Source: Mobula hypostoma (lineage: Eukaryota). From it: a stretch of DNA of 64,000 nt. The notes beneath the pieces are model-generated. The model saw nothing but the letters and a program-made list of their open reading frames with translations, did no database searches and was not told the DNA's origin. A program made the position numbers and the translations under genes. The DNA lies in NCBI RefSeq assembly GCF_963921235.1, contig NC_086100.1, positions 202,680,001 through 202,744,000 on the forward strand, written 5' to 3'. This document shows positions 61,860 through 64,000 of the stretch, piece after piece. The number at the start of each line of letters is the position of its first letter. Position 1 is the first letter of the stretch.

Positions 61860-63730
61860 AAGGAAATTAGGAGAGCCAGAAGGGGCCATGAGAAGGCCTT
61901 GGTGGGCAGGATTAAGGAAAACCCCAGGGCATTCTACAAGTATGTGAACAGCAAGAGGATAAGACGTGAAAGAATAGGACGAATCAAGTGTGACAGTGGG
62001 AAAGTGTGTATGGAACCGGAAGAAATAGCAGAGGTACTTAATGAATACTTTACTTCAGTGTTCACTATGGAAAAGGATCTTGGTGATTGTAGTGATGACT
62101 TGCAGCAGACTGAAAAGCTTCAGCATGTAGATATTAAGAAAGAGGATGTGCTGGAGCTTTTGGAAAGCATCAAGTTGGATAAGTTGCCAGGACCGGATAA
62201 GATGTACCCAGGCTACTGTAGGAGGCGAGGGAGGAGATTGCTGAGCCTCTGGCGATGATCTTTGCATTATCAATGGGGACGGGAGAGGTTCCGGAGGATT
62301 GGAGGGTTGCGGATGTTGTTCCTTTATTCAAGAAAGGGAGCAGAGGTAGCCCAGGAAATTATAGACCAGTGAGTCTTATCAGTGAGTCAGTAAGCTGATG
62401 GAGAAGATCGTGAGAAGCAGGATTTATGAACATTTGCAGATGTATAATGTGATTAGGAATAGTCAGCATGGCTTTGTCAAGGGCAGGTCGTGCCTTACGA
62501 GCCTGACTGAATTTTTTGAGGATGTGACTAAACACATTGATGAAGGAAGAGTAGTAGATGTCGTGTATATGGATTTCAGCAAGGCACTTGATAAGGTACC
62601 TCATGCAAGGCTTGTTGAGAAAGTAAGGAGGCATGGTATCCAAGGGGACATTACCTTGTGGATCCAGAACTGGCTTGCCCACAGAAGGCAAAGAGTGGTT
62701 GAGACAGGTCATATTCTGCATGGAGGTCGGTGACCAGTGGTGTGCCTCAGGGATCTGTTCTGGGACCCCTACTCTTTGTGATTTTTATAAATGACTTGGA
62801 TGAGGAAGTGGAGGGATGGGTTAGTAAGTTTGCTGATGACACAAAGGTTGGAGGTGTTGTGGATAGTGTGGAGGGCTGTCAGAGTTTACAGCGGGATATT
62901 GATTGGATGCAAAACTGGGCTGAGAAATGGCAGATGGAGTTCAACCCAGATAAGTGTGAAGTGGTTCATTTTGGTTGGTCAAATATGATAGCAGAATATA
63001 GCATTAATGGTAAGGTTCTTGGCAGTGTGGAGGATCAGAGGGATCTTGGGGTCCGAGTTCATAGGACACTCAAAGCAGCTGCGCAGGTTGACTCTGTGGT
63101 TAAGAAGGCATATGGTGTATTGGCCTTCATCGATCGTGGAATTGAATTTAGGAGCTGAGAGGTAATGTTGCAGCTATCTAAGACCCCACTTGGAGTACTG
63201 TGCTCATTTCTGGTCCCCTCACTACAGGAAGGTGTGGAAACTATAGGAAGGGTGCAGAGGAGATTTACAAGGATGTTGCCTGGATTGGGGAGCATGCCTT
63301 ATGAGAATAGGTTGAGTGAACTCAGCCTTTTCTGCTTAGAGCGACGGAGGATGAGAGGTGACCTGACAGAAGTGTAAAGATGATGAGAACCATTGATCAT
63401 GTGGATAGTCAGGGGCTTTTCCCCAGGGCTGACTTGGCTAGCATGAAAGGGCACAGTTTTAAGGTGCTTGGAAGTAGGTACAGAGGAGATGTCAGGGGTA
63501 AGTTTTTTACGCAGAGAGAGGTGAGTGTGTGGAATGGGTTGTTGGCGGCGGTGGTGGAGGCGGAAACGATAGGGTCTTTTAAAAGACTCCTGGATGGCTA
63601 CATGGAGCTTAGAAAAATAGAGGGCTTTGGGTAAAACCTAGATCATTCTAAGGTAGGGACATGTTCAGCACAGCTTTGTGAGCTGAAGTGCCTGTATTGT
63701 GCTGTATGTTTTCTATGTATCTATGTTCTT

Positions 63731-64000
63731 ACAGGGTACCGGTGAGGCCACATCTGGAGTACTATGTGCAGTTCTGGTCTCCATACTTGAGGAGGGATAT
63801 ACTGGCTTTGGAGGCAGTGCAGAGGAGGTTCACAAGGTTGATTCCAGGGATGAAGGGGTTAACCTATGAGCAGAGATTGAGTCGCCTGGGACTATACTCT
63901 CTGGAGTTCAGAAGAATGAGAGGGGATCTTAGAGAAACATACAAAATTTTGAAAGGGATAAATAAGGTAGAAGTAGGAAAGTTGTTTCCATTGGTAGGTG
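63731..64000 (+). mobile_element. CR1 fragment running off the window
   Basis: Near-identical to 52164-52435. Confidence 0.88.

Larger units (their letters stand above)
55888..63730 (+). mobile_element. Near-full-length CR1 (5' UTR repeats, ORF1 ZnF-zipper-esterase, ORF2, tail) hosting nested insertions
   Basis: ORF 56215-56844 (CAWCWMWE..HICTRC..IVIGDSIVRG), APE 57914-58667, RT 61860-63634, ttctatg tail. Collinear once the inserts are removed. Confidence 0.92.

Overview
Eukaryotic (vertebrate) DNA, most likely from a cartilaginous fish (ray or shark), judged from the repeat families. The window is mostly intron of one minus-strand gene, rhotekin (RTKN). Five exons (53664-53758, 50164-50270, 31512-31643, 29821-29986, 22930-23037) have canonical GT-AG ends and compatible phases. 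They join into the end of the anillin-homology region, the PH domain and the SLYHE motif. A probable sixth, frame-shifting 94-nt exon at 17242-17335 encodes a short alternative C-terminus (..EGLLLQENSVSAEIQALLSYYTN). The remainder is a dense, nested transposon landscape: many CR1 LINEs (some with ZnF/leucine-zipper/SGNH-esterase ORF1), Penelope-like elements, Rex1/Babar-type LINEs, a decayed IR/DR Tc1 and a palindromic mariner MITE. About 9 kb consists of minisatellite arrays. The most notable signal outside the ORF track is a family of minimal type-I hammerhead ribozyme motifs (CUGAYGA-A-GGGU[NNCG]GCCC-GAAAC-GUH) in Penelope termini. One pair of these forms an inverted repeat next to an RTKN exon. 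Most entries in the ORF track are TE fragments or repeat artefacts. TE boundaries are approximate unless a TSD is quoted.
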